From Flectonema sp. DT1601 (Eukaryota), in NCBI GenBank assembly GCA_964019425.1, contig OZ025784.1:310001-374000 (forward strand): DNA of 64,000 bases, in the 5' to 3' direction. Below, piece by piece: positions 11,754 through 22,179 of this stretch. Position 1 is the first letter of the stretch; every line of letters begins with the position of its first letter. The notes under the pieces were generated by a model. That model searched no databases. It worked only from the letters and a program-made list of their open reading frames with translations, and had not been told where the DNA came from. A program made the translations under genes and the position numbers.

Positions 11754-13289
11754 ATGGTACTCCGGTGGTTGGTTGAGAAATTGCGATCAAAACCACAAAA
11801 ACGATCAACTGACGCTGAAAAGACGAAGAAAGAACAACTCGCAAGGGAATTACGAAAATCCATAAACAACCTAATTGATAATAACGAAGAACAATGGAGT
11901 ACTGGTGTTAGATTAAATGTACTCGTCGGGACATACAACGTTGGTGAGAAATTACCTGATTCTGAAGCAAGTGAAGAAGTTTTAAATTGGCTTTCATGTA
12001 ATGGAAGACAAGAAGAGCCCGACATCATTGCTCTCGGTCTTCAAGAAGTTGATATGTCACCGGCTTCTGTTTTATTAGAAACGTTATCACCGAAAGGAAC
12101 TGTTTGGACTCAATTTATCGAATCGTATCTGGGGTTTGGTCTAGAAAATCCTCCTTACACGGCAGCTCAACCAATTGCTGTCGCAGGACTCCTTCTTCTG
12201 ATTTATATAAAAAACCGACCAGAGCTAAAACACACTCCACAAGACATCGCTCACACAGTTGTAAGAACTGGAATCAGAGGACTTGCTAACAAAGGAGGTG
12301 TTGCTGTTAGAATTAGACTGTGTAATAGAACCTTTGTCTTCGTTAATTCACACTTGGAAGCTCATGAGAATCGAAAAGAGATTCGAGATGATAACTATGC
12401 TTCGATACTTCACGGGTTGTCATTCCCTCCAGTTGAGGATGGTGTTGATGCTCTGTGTACTGAAGGAAGTGATTCGATTGCTGTGTCAGTTTGTAATCAA
12501 TTCAGCACATCACATTTATCAAATATTGAAAGTTGGGATTACGCATTTTGGTTTGGAGATTTGAACTATCGACTTCAAGGAAACTCACAATCAATACGAT
12601 CTCGTCTACAACGCGAACAAGCATCTGAACTATTAAGATATGATGAGCTAAGCCACACTACTGCTTGTGGACAAGCTTTCTCTGGTTGGAAAGAGATGGC
12701 TATAAACTTCCCACCGACATATAAATTTGTTGAAGGAACTAACAGATACAGCTCTAAGAGAACACCAGCATGGACAGATCGAATACTGTACTGGATGGGT
12801 AAGAGAGGAAGGTTGAATACCAGGTGTGCTCCGCTGACTATTTCTATTTTACCTCCGAAGACTCACTTAGATCCGAATGGATATATCGACAACAGTCCAC
12901 AAACACAAACTTCATACTTTAGTTGCAGTAATGATGATTCTATCGCTGTCGGTACTCGGAAATTAAAAACAAGTTTTATGAACATTCCACAAGGTGATCA
13001 AAATGGGAATTCTGCTCCGTCGTCGCGACGGGTTTCTGTGACATCGACGTCACCTACCCCTCCTCATACTCCGCGATCACCTCTGACAGAAAATAAATTC
13101 GCATTCTCTCATCTGGTACCTGTTGATAATAGCTACAGTTCTCATCAAATATTGTTATCTGATCACCGTCCAGTGTCTGCAGCATTTTGTGTAAAGGGAA
13201 TCGTTTATGATGTTAAAGAAGCAGTCGATGGGATCGCTTCTGATTCAAAAATCAGATCGATGGTGGAACACATTCAGGAAGTTAGTTGA
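11754..13289 (+). CDS. Inositol polyphosphate 5-phosphatase (IPPc family)
   Basis: TYNV, GLQEV, NKGGV, FVNSHL, WFGDLNYR, FPPTYKF, PAWTDRIL, SDHRPV. Confidence 0.93.
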   Translation: MVLRWLVEKLRSKPQKRSTDAEKTKKEQLARELRKSINNLIDNNEEQWSTGVRLNVLVGTYNVGEKLPDSEASEEVLNWLSCNGRQEEPDIIALGLQEVDMSPASVLLETLSPKGTVWTQFIESYLGFGLENPPYTAAQPIAVAGLLLLIYIKNRPELKHTPQDIAHTVVRTGIRGLANKGGVAVRIRLCNRTFVFVNSHLEAHENRKEIRDDNYASILHGLSFPPVEDGVDALCTEGSDSIAVSVCNQFSTSHLSNIESWDYAFWFGDLNYRLQGNSQSIRSRLQREQASELLRYDELSHTTACGQAFSGWKEMAINFPPTYKFVEGTNRYSSKRTPAWTDRILYWMGKRGRLNTRCAPLTISILPPKTHLDPNGYIDNSPQTQTSYFSCSNDDSIAVGTRKLKTSFMNIPQGDQNGNSAPSSRRVSVTSTSPTPPHTPRSPLTENKFAFSHLVPVDNSYSSHQILLSDHRPVSAAFCVKGIVYDVKEAVDGIASDSKIRSMVEHIQEVS

Positions 13290-13865
13290 TTATCATACAA
13301 CGTCGTAATCCTTTTTTCTTGTAAACTTTTTAATTCTCACGGGTTTACGTGAGAGTTTTAGTTAAAAAGTTTAACAGGTAGACATTGTTCTTCCTCTCCT
13401 CTTGTATTCTGTTTTTTAAAACGTACTGTGGGAAATCACTAGCCTTTTCCTGTTATTTATTTCTAACCAAAAAAAAAGAGAGAAGAAATGTATTATATTC
13501 GTTGGGTGTGTATTCCTATTGATTTTTAGTTTTTTATTATTTTGAGGGTTTCGCTCAAATGTTTTATACTTTTCGTAACCGAACACCGCGGTACGGTAAC
13601 ACAAAAAAAAAAGAAATCTTACTTTACTTTCTGGGATTTCTGAAAGTGGTATTTTTTTCCAGTGATTTCACGTATTTGTTTTTTATTATGAAAGTGGACC
13701 CTTTTTTTTTTCTTTCTTCTTTCCCTTTTTTTTTTTTTTTTTTTGATATGTTTTTTTTTTTTTTCAACCTAATGAATACCTTGAGTGATAAAAACATTGA
13801 CCCCTTCATTGGTAACCGGAACAGATATCATAAAAAAAATTCTTATTCTGTTAAATATCCTCTCT

Positions 13866-13896
<31 letters not shown>

Positions 13897-14471
13897 ACAC
13901 TGATGTCATGTACACTTTATTAGTTAGTTGTGTGTCTCTAACATATTCCCTATTGATCGACCTGTCTGGTGAATTTAGTTTAAATTCGAAAACTTTCAGA
14001 GAATAATTGATGCACGCGGTGGACTTTTTTTTTTTTTTTTTTTTTTTTTTGTTAATTTTGATTCTCCTTTTGAACAAGAAACCCTTTTAGAGGTTTTTAA
14101 AGTTATATTATTTAAGTTATTTCTGTGACTTTGGAATGATTCTCCTTTTTTTTTGGGGGTTGCCAGGTTTCCGTTCTGGCCGCTTTAAAATTATTTTTCT
14201 GTTATATTTTTATTTCCCCCCACACATTTTTTTGTAACAAAAAAAAAAAAAAGGAAAAAAAAGGGGGGGAAAAAAAAAAAAAAAAAATTTTGTGCGTGTT
14301 GATTTTTTGTTTACAAAAAATGTTCTCAAAATGCAACAAGTTGGCAAAAAAACACGATTCTCTTTTTCAGGTTTTTTTAAATTTGTAGTCGGTCTCGAAA
14401 TTCAAAGTAACTCTCATCAGAAGGTAACCAAAATGACTCAAACAAGATGTGAAGTGTAATGCGACAACGTG

Positions 14472-15443
14472 ATGAGGATCCCAAGAATGCCTTTATTCGA
14501 TCCGGGTAGTAGTGAAAGAGATAATAAATTATTCGAAACAACTCTCCACTCCTATTCATCAAATCAAATCACAGATCAACTATCTCTTAATTTTGATGAG
14601 GTTGCATACAGACTTTTAAAGGCTCAAATCAACAGTGATAAAAGAGCATGGAAACCACCCTTAACAACTATATCTGTCAACCAATTGGAAGAAATTTCTG
14701 TAAATGCTTTTTGGTTGCCTGCGTTTATATCATCGTTGCAGAAATCATTGCCGTTCAAGTGTGTGTTGCAACCTGGGAATCTCATTTTCTATGCGAGTGA
14801 CTTGTTCATAACACACGCTGTTGAATTCATAACCACGTTGAGTGAGGTGTATGGTAGAGGGAATGAGGGTAACGGTTTCCTTTTAGTGTCAGCTCCAAAT
14901 TTTCCAATTCAAAAATATCACATAAACGCCGTGATGTGGGAGTCACTTGTATCAAAATGGGAAGGTAGTCAGAATTGTACTAAATTTCACACGACGAGTT
15001 ACTTGCTTGCAATAGAAGCTCGAGAACCTTTTGATGTTCAGTCGAATGGCACTCCTCAAAGTGTTGGAAATGGGAGTAACAACACGTCAATGGAAACATC
15101 AACGGGTTGTGTTGACTGCAGTCGAATCGAACACAGAATCGAAGAATTAGAAAATTTATTTTACAACTCCGGGAGGGTTCGAATACCGTTCAGTCAACAG
15201 CCGACTATTTCATGTCCTTCTTGCAAAACTAACGATATAATGTCTTGGGCTGAGAGATGTCCAAAATGTTCAGTCAGACTAAAGGAAAGTACCTCCTGTG
15301 GAGATTGCAAATCTCTTTTATTCGGAAAATTTTGTCACAATTGTGGAAAGCAATCTCCGAGTGTTGTTGTCAGCAGGGCTTTGACGGCTCCGCTTTCACC
15401 GGAAATGAGGACTCGAATAAAAAATACTTTTTCGAAGAGCTGA
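14472..15443 (+). CDS. Hypothetical protein with C-terminal zinc-ribbon (four CxxC) region
   Basis: Long ORF with CPSC, CPKC, CGDC and FCHNCG motifs. Confidence 0.65.
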   Translation: MRIPRMPLFDPGSSERDNKLFETTLHSYSSNQITDQLSLNFDEVAYRLLKAQINSDKRAWKPPLTTISVNQLEEISVNAFWLPAFISSLQKSLPFKCVLQPGNLIFYASDLFITHAVEFITTLSEVYGRGNEGNGFLLVSAPNFPIQKYHINAVMWESLVSKWEGSQNCTKFHTTSYLLAIEAREPFDVQSNGTPQSVGNGSNNTSMETSTGCVDCSRIEHRIEELENLFYNSGRVRIPFSQQPTISCPSCKTNDIMSWAERCPKCSVRLKESTSCGDCKSLLFGKFCHNCGKQSPSVVVSRALTAPLSPEMRTRIKNTFSKS

Positions 15444-15944
15444 CGACCAAACTGACCTGACCTTTTGTTTGAATTAGAATCCAACAATTCAAAAAATATG
15501 AGGATGAGTAAGCACAGGTGAGTAAACATTCTTTTATTAAATTAAGAATCACTGTGTCACTTCTTTCTTGATTTCTTTGACTGCGAAACTCGCAAGATCT
15601 TTTTTTTTTTTCATTCTTTTGTCTCAAAGACATAGTTTACGAGTGAAAAAGAGAAATTGTGGCAGCATAACGTTAGACATCCTTTACTTTATATAGGTTT
15701 GTTTTTCGGTTGCACACAAACAAAGAGTTATTTAGTGGGGTGTCCATTATTTATTTATTTTTTTTTTTTTTTATTAGTCCAGTTGCCGTTAACTTTCTTG
15801 TTGAAAGAGAAATTCTTATTTGACAGCAGCCCTAGACATTATTTATTTGATGTATTATTTTTTTTTTATATTTTTATAAGTAGCAGTACGTAACTCCTTT
15901 TTTTTTTTTTTTTTCTTTTTACATCTTACTGTAAAAGGAGTAGG

Positions 15945-16048
15945 AAGATCGCGTATCGAGCAAGCTTTTACCCTTATGCTCTACGTGAGATTTCTGTTCT
16001 CACTGAGCTTGCCTTAGGACACCTGCGTTAATGTGTAACAGATGTGCC
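15945..16048 (-). pseudogene. LSU (28S-type) rRNA fragment
   Basis: Reverse strand reads GGCACATCTGTTACACATTAACGCAGGTGTCCTAAGGCAAGCTCAGTGAGAACAGAAATCTCACGTAGAGCATAAGGGTAAAAGCTTGCT, matching the conserved LSU core; isolated in intergenic DNA. Confidence 0.85.
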
Positions 16049-16598
16049 GGTCTATGATATTTTGTTGCAAAAATATTTACTAATTTAGTTGCTCGTTATT
16101 CAGTTACTTCTCTTTAAGAAGTGTTCCCCCTTTCTGTTTTTTTTTTTTTTTTTTTTAGTTTCTTTCAGTTATATCCGACCAAAGCAGTGTGTTGTTCTAT
16201 TTTTTTTTTTTTTTTTTCTCTCTCCCCCCGACTGTGCGACACTTAGTAGAGAGGTTCGAGTACCTCTCTACTTAGTTATCGATACTTGTGGTACTAACAG
16301 ATTATCGTTTTTAGACAATTAACGACCTAACAACAACAAGATTGGATCTACTTACTTTCACCGTTGCCTCCGTCAGCTCTATTGGAGTTAACCTGATGTA
16401 ATGGACTTCCTTATCTATCTTTTTAAAAAGATGAGAGGGATCAAAAAAAGTCTATTTTGAGCCTTCTCCATGATTTTTTTTTCCCTGTTTTTTTTTTTTT
16501 CTTCAAAAATTTGATTGAAGATCGCATGCATTACTTTGAAGGTATTTCTGATTTTTACTAATAAAAAAAAAAAAAAGTCGTCCCCCACAAGGAGGAGA

Positions 16599-16629
<31 letters not shown>

Positions 16630-16773
16630 TGGTGTGGCTTTGTTGACAAAAAAAAAAAAAAAAAAAAAAACCGAATAAAATAATTTTTTTTGAAATTTAA
16701 TTATTAATTTAAAAAACCAAGGTGGAATCAATCAGACAAAACCAAACACACAAAAAATAAAATAAAATAAAAA

Positions 16774-18078
16774 ATGGAAGAATATGAAGGGCTTTCAACT
16801 CTAATGAAGTGCTACGATACAATCCCAGAGAGTGTTAGAGTTATAGAAACAGCTTTACTTCAAGGAGAAGAGTTTCCTAGTCTTTCTCTTGTAATAGACG
16901 AATCCTGGTGTGTAGGAACTCAATTAACTAATTTAATGACTTTGATTGGCGCGGCGGATGATGACGATGATGAAGAAGAAGACTTCTCACCTCCGGATAT
17001 TAGTTCGTTACCCAGCCCTACTAATACTCAATACCCGTGTCTTTCGTTGCTTTCACAGTCTAATGACACAACTAGTGTTGGGATTATGTTGTCAGATCCG
17101 GTGTTCTCTTCTTGTCATACTCTGCAAAGGGTTTTTAGAGGATTTGGTGATCGACTTCGTGTTGGTAGTCAATCTGTAGCATTATCAACAATAAAATCAT
17201 GTTTTAACGGAATGAAATCTCGAATTGAGTTAAAAAATAAATTCACATCTCGTAAACAGAGTTCACTTCAACTACAGCGGATCAGCAGAGGTCTGACTGA
17301 CAGGATCTCAATGAAAAGCATCATATCAACCCTGTCAATACAACGTCTCGGTCGTGGTTTACTGACACGTCAGGGAGCATCAGCTTGTATGACAACCAGT
17401 AGTATAGCTCCGGTGATCGCTGCTGCTGTTGTTTATAATTCAATAAAGAAGAAGATGAAGATTCTCACTCGTTCAGCAGAACGGAGTTGTATTGCGAGCG
17501 CGATAATCGCTGTCTTGGGATCTGGTTTAATAAGAAAACGTGGAACAGGTCCAGTCGTTGAAGGAGGAGGAAGTCATATCAGAAGGGTTCAACGAAGAAG
17601 AAAAGAACAACAGCAACAACAACAGTCAGTAATCCTGCCAGAGAGTAAAGCATCACAGGACACAGACTTATTAAGATATTGGGCTTTTGGTGGTGAGCTT
17701 CCGTCTACGAAGTCATTAGAACTGATGGATGGGATCCCGTCTTTTAGAGGTCTGCAAACACCATCACCGATTAGTAAGAAAAAAACAACCAATCCACTTC
17801 AGAAAGATAGACTCGATTATTATTCAAGTCGACTATCTCGAGGTCCCTCAAATAGAAAACGTCCTCAGTCTGCTGCTGCTGTTCGAAAAAGAGATAGCAG
17901 TCCGTCGAGTAATTTACCATCGTACGCAGACTTCCTTGACGTCATTCATACGGCTGTTGGTCGCCGAAAGGTTTTAACAGTTAGAAAGCATTACCCTGAT
18001 ACTCAACAGGATGTCTTGCTTGGATTCTCACCTAATCGACACTCAGTTTTTGGAGGTCGGCTGTCTGCGATGAGATGA
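16774..18078 (+). CDS. Hypothetical protein with IQ-like (calmodulin-binding) motifs
   Basis: LQRVFRGFGDR, LQRISRGLTDR and IQRLGRGLLTR fit IQxxxRGxxxR. Confidence 0.65.
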   Translation: MEEYEGLSTLMKCYDTIPESVRVIETALLQGEEFPSLSLVIDESWCVGTQLTNLMTLIGAADDDDDEEEDFSPPDISSLPSPTNTQYPCLSLLSQSNDTTSVGIMLSDPVFSSCHTLQRVFRGFGDRLRVGSQSVALSTIKSCFNGMKSRIELKNKFTSRKQSSLQLQRISRGLTDRISMKSIISTLSIQRLGRGLLTRQGASACMTTSSIAPVIAAAVVYNSIKKKMKILTRSAERSCIASAIIAVLGSGLIRKRGTGPVVEGGGSHIRRVQRRRKEQQQQQQSVILPESKASQDTDLLRYWAFGGELPSTKSLELMDGIPSFRGLQTPSPISKKKTTNPLQKDRLDYYSSRLSRGPSNRKRPQSAAAVRKRDSSPSSNLPSYADFLDVIHTAVGRRKVLTVRKHYPDTQQDVLLGFSPNRHSVFGGRLSAMR

Positions 18079-18559
18079 GAGAAACAACAATCAAAATAAG
18101 AAAACACCCCCTCAATTAATACTAAGAGAGGGTAGTGTTATTATTTGTGTTGTAATGTTTTTTTTAAAATCTTGTTCAGCAGTCATCGGAAGAAGACTAT
18201 CAACGAGATGGAGAAAAGGTGAATCAAGTGAGAGTAGTATCTGACCTTTTTCGAAAACCTAATCAACCTCAGCCGTCATCGGAAGAAGACCGCCACTTTA
18301 AATAAATTATATCTCTGAAATTCGGAGTTTGGAAAAAAAAAAAAAGTGAATTCCTTATTATTATTATTATTATTTTTTTTTATTTTAGGTTTCATATTCT
18401 CCCAATTTAAGTTATGATTCCCACCCCCTTTGGCGACATTTATTATAAGGGAAAACCTACAGATCCACCCCCAGGTTTGGGGAAACGTACACTACGGTCA
18501 CGGCCTTGTGTAACTTTTTTGACCCCTGGATATGTGTTTAAATCCGCAAAATCGAAGAC

Positions 18560-18631
18560 GACGCAATTTGTCGAGTGGTATGATTGCAGACTTGCATTCG
18601 CTAGGCTGCGGTTCGAACCCCTGTCGGGTCT
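18560..18631 (+). pseudogene. Degenerate tRNA-like Pol III unit (anticodon TGC) inside left TIR
   Basis: A-box-like TGTCGAGTGG, CT-TGC-AT loop, B box GGTTCGAACCC, followed by a long T run; stems are mismatched. Confidence 0.65.
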
Positions 18632-19178
18632 TTTTTTTTTTTTTTTTTTTTTTCTTCCCAGTGACCAACAGGTACACTGTCTGCACTGGCCGTTCGGTCA
18701 GGAACGCCGCCGCTGACGTCGTGCGTCGTATCCGTACTGCTGATTCGTTCTGTCACGTTCGGACACTCGTCGCTCTGAGACATTGCTTAGTGCAGGTTGC
18801 TGACTAACAACATCGTTTGAAAGTCTTACACCAGAACCTCATTGGTACCTTACAAAGACCCTGCATCAAATTCACACGCGGGTCGTTCTTCAAGGTCAAT
18901 AGTGTAAACTTCCACTCGACTTAGGACCTCGCTTGGAAGCTTCTGTCATCGCGCAATTCTTCCTTAAGTTAAGTTAAACTTAACTTTAACATAAGAGAGT
19001 AATCCATCGTCCTGTTAACCTCTATTCTCTCATCATGGTGTAGAAGTAAGTTAGTCAACTATTGATGTAGTTACTTAATTGTAATGTTCATAAAAAAACA
19101 TTCTTATTGTTGTAATCTTTTGGACGCAAGCCCTAACACGATCAAAAAGTAACCACCAGTGGTGACTAAGTGATCCAG

Positions 19179-19473
19179 TCTGGCTTACTTCAAAGGCTAA
19201 CATAGTCAAGCACAGTCACTGCGGATGTGTTGTGTAGCATCACGGCTCCGATCGGAGAACCGTAGATACCAGGGACTAGAAACGGGAGTTCCTCTCGTAC
19301 TACCCCGTATTGTGGTCGACTTACACTGCCAAGGGGTCTCTCCCCATCAGTAGGTAAAACTTGTCTCACGACGGTCCTGTTAGTGGGTGAACTATCCAAC
19401 CCTTGGACAATTCTGCTTGTCTAGGCTAGGAAGAGCCGACATTGAAGGATCAAAAGCAATGAACGCTTGGCTG
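19179..19473 (-). pseudogene. LSU rRNA 3'-core fragment including the sarcin-ricin loop, internally deleted
   Basis: Reverse strand has CCAAGCGTTCAT..TTTTGATCCTTCAATGTCGGCTCTTCCT, TTCACCCACTAA, GACCGTCGTGAGACA and AGTACGAGAGGAAC (19288-19301). Confidence 0.85.
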
Positions 19474-19751
19474 GGTTTGCAGGCCCCAAAAGCTGAACGA
19501 AAAAATTGGGCCGTTCGAATCACTAACTTGCATGTTGTCGGTTGCAGTCATCACTCACCTGTCAGCATACTCTTTACCTTAATTACGCTTAACCCTAACG
19601 ATGATTTGGCAAATAACAAACCTTGAGGGCATCATTGCGTTGCTACGCTGCACCACGTTGGTAGTATTTAAAAGTTAACAAAGCCTTAAAAAAAATTGAG
19701 TAACAGCGAGATGAACAGATGCCCAGAAAAAAAATCCCGGGAAAAAAAAAA

Positions 19752-19823
19752 TCCCCCCGAGGGACTCGAACCCCGTACCTCCAGGGCTTCAGTCCGGCAC
19801 CAACACCACTGCGCTATCACGGA
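19752..19823 (-). pseudogene. Degenerate tRNA-like Pol III unit (anticodon GAA) inside right TIR
   Basis: Reverse strand has A box TAGCGCAGTGG, CCGGA-CTGAAGC-CCTGG arm, B box GGTTCGAGTCC, then a T run. Confidence 0.7.
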
Positions 19824-20156
19824 TTTGAAAAAAATTTCGCCCAGAATAGAGGGCTGTCGATTTGGAAAAAAGGTCAAAAAAGCTACACAAGGCCGTGACC
19901 GTAGTATACGTTTCTCCAAACCTGGGGGTGGATCTGTAGGTTTTCCCTTATTATAATGTAAAGTATTTACCGTCAATCGCAGAGTGTATACCCACACTAA
20001 CATTACCTTTAGTCAACTGTATGTCAGAACTAATGTTGTTTTATAATACAATACATTTGTATTTTATGTACAAACTCGAACAGTTAACCCCCCCGCAAAC
20101 GTTGGTGGTTAATAAGACAATATTATGGTTCTCTGTTTCTTCGATTGGCAATTTCA

Positions 20157-20413
20157 AAATATATATTTTTTTTCCAGTCAAGTACCCAGGTATTACTAAT
20201 ATCTAAAGTTGTTTTTTCTATTTTTTTTTTTTTTACATTTTTGTTAAAATTTTTCACTCTCTCCCCTCCTTTTTGGTAATTTTCTTTGATTAACAGCTAC
20301 AAATATTTTTTTCAGTCAAGTACTTTGATATTAATTTTGTTTTTAATACCCTAAAGTTGTTACTGTTTTTACATTGTCAAAGTTTCACCCCCTTTTTGGT
20401 GGGTAATTTTTCT
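20157..20413 (+). repeat. Degenerate two-copy tandem duplication (~140 bp)
   Basis: Blocks CAGTCAAGTAC, CTAAAGTTGTT, TTTTACATT and GGTAATTTT recur in the same order. Confidence 0.5.
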
Positions 20414-22137
20414 TCCTCCTCTTTTTTTTTAAAAAACCCAACGAGTTTTTTTTTTTTTGTAAGGGAGGAAAATACTGTCGGAAGAACGCAACGAAATATC
20501 TTTTTTTTTAATACATATATTATGAGTTCTTACTGTATCGCCCTTTACAATGTGGTGTCAGAATAAAGTTCCCTTTTTTTTTTTTTTTTTGATGTGAAAA
20601 TCATAATAGCTGAGAAAAAAAAGGGATTCTTATTTTTTATTATTTTTTCTTAATCCTTTTTTTACTTTATAAGTTGACCTATTTACCAATTTTTTTTTTC
20701 TCTCTCTCTCTTATTTTTTTTTTTGTAAAGTATTATGTCTATGCATACGAAACGAGAAAATTAAAAAAAAAAAAAATGAAAAAAAATTGTAAACAGCGAA
20801 AAATAATTATTTTTTTCATTGCGTTTACTCAAAAAAAAAAAAAAAAAAAAAAGAAAGAAAAAAAAATCATAATCGCACAGTATATATCCAGTGTATGTGA
20901 AATCCAAAATGAGATTGTCTGGGTTGTGGAACTCTCTGTTCTCGGTAGAATGTTTTGGAGACGTGGTCTCACTGTCTGCTTTCCTCGACATCGGTGATCG
21001 GTCCCTCGAAGAAGAAAAAAAACATTAGCCACGCATTAGGGTTAATAAAAAAAGCCAACGTTTTTTATATATATTTATTTTTTTGTTGTTGAAGCTACCC
21101 GCTGAAAAACAAAAAAAAAAAATTATGTCATTTTTCGTTTTCCCCCTTTTCTCTCTGTTATTTTTGTTTGTTCTGATTTGTTTGGTTCGTTCAGCTGTTT
21201 TGTTTTAATTTGAAATTTCTTTTATTTTTATTATTTTTTTTTTAAAATAAAACTAAAACAGACACGCCTCCCTGTGGGTTACAACTATCGTAACTAGCAG
21301 GGCTGTATGACTAGTCACAGAATGTCTTGTTGTAGTTTTTACTTTAACAGTAATTGTTTAGCAACTACACAAACAATTCTCTGATTACGGATTACAGTTT
21401 TTTTTTTTTTTTTTTTATTCGAACGGAGTGTGGTTGCATGTAGAACTTACTTATTATTTTTTTTCCCCCCCCTCCTCCTCCTCCTCCTCCTCCTCCTTTT
21501 TTTTTTTTTTTTTTTTTTTTTCCTTAAACCGAAAAAAAAAAAAAAAAAAACTAAAATTCGAATTGACAACAGCATTAAAGACAAGAAAAAGGATTATTGG
21601 TCGACCTTCAGTTCTTCAGTTGATCTAATCTTTCTTCATTATAATTACCGTAGTTAAGTGATAGCAGGTAGGCGATACGTCACTTGCTCACTCAATACGG
21701 TGACCACTGTTTTTTTGTGTTTTGTGTCAAAACAATTTGCCCTTTTCACTCCCTTTCCTTTATTAGGACTTGATGTGAACCGTGCTTCAAGTTGGTGAAA
21801 GAAGTAAAGGAGGAAAAAAAAAAAAAATGAGTGAGAGTTTTTTTTTTTTTTTTCATTTTTGTAAGCTGTCTTACGCTGTGGCTACACGACGAGTGATTTT
21901 TAATTTTAACGTTCTCTGTGTGAGAGTTTGGTTACTACTAACCAACCTAATCAACGATAGAATGAGAACTAATTGTGTCTACTCGTTAATACTTTTTTCA
22001 TTTCTTATCAAACTTCCGATTCTTAACCAAAAGAAGGAATAAGAATATAAATAAGTACCCGACAATCCTGATGTAGAGGATTACCGGTTTACTGTAACTT
22101 GTTAACCTGCGCGATTTCATCTAATGAGAAACAACAA

Positions 22138-22179
<42 letters not shown>

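Larger units (their letters stand above)
18449..19947. mobile_element. Non-autonomous Mutator-like (MULE) DNA transposon, 1499 bp
   Basis: 76-bp TIRs at 18449-18524 and 19872-19947 (3 mismatches) beginning GGGAAAACC; exact 9-bp TSD TTATTATAA at 18440-18448 and 19948-19956; no transposase ORF. Confidence 0.88.

Noticed and set aside
18177..18290. Direct repeat CAGC(A/C)GTCATCGGAAGAAGAC twice, considered as CRISPR-like
   Set aside because: Only two copies, eukaryotic context, no cas genes
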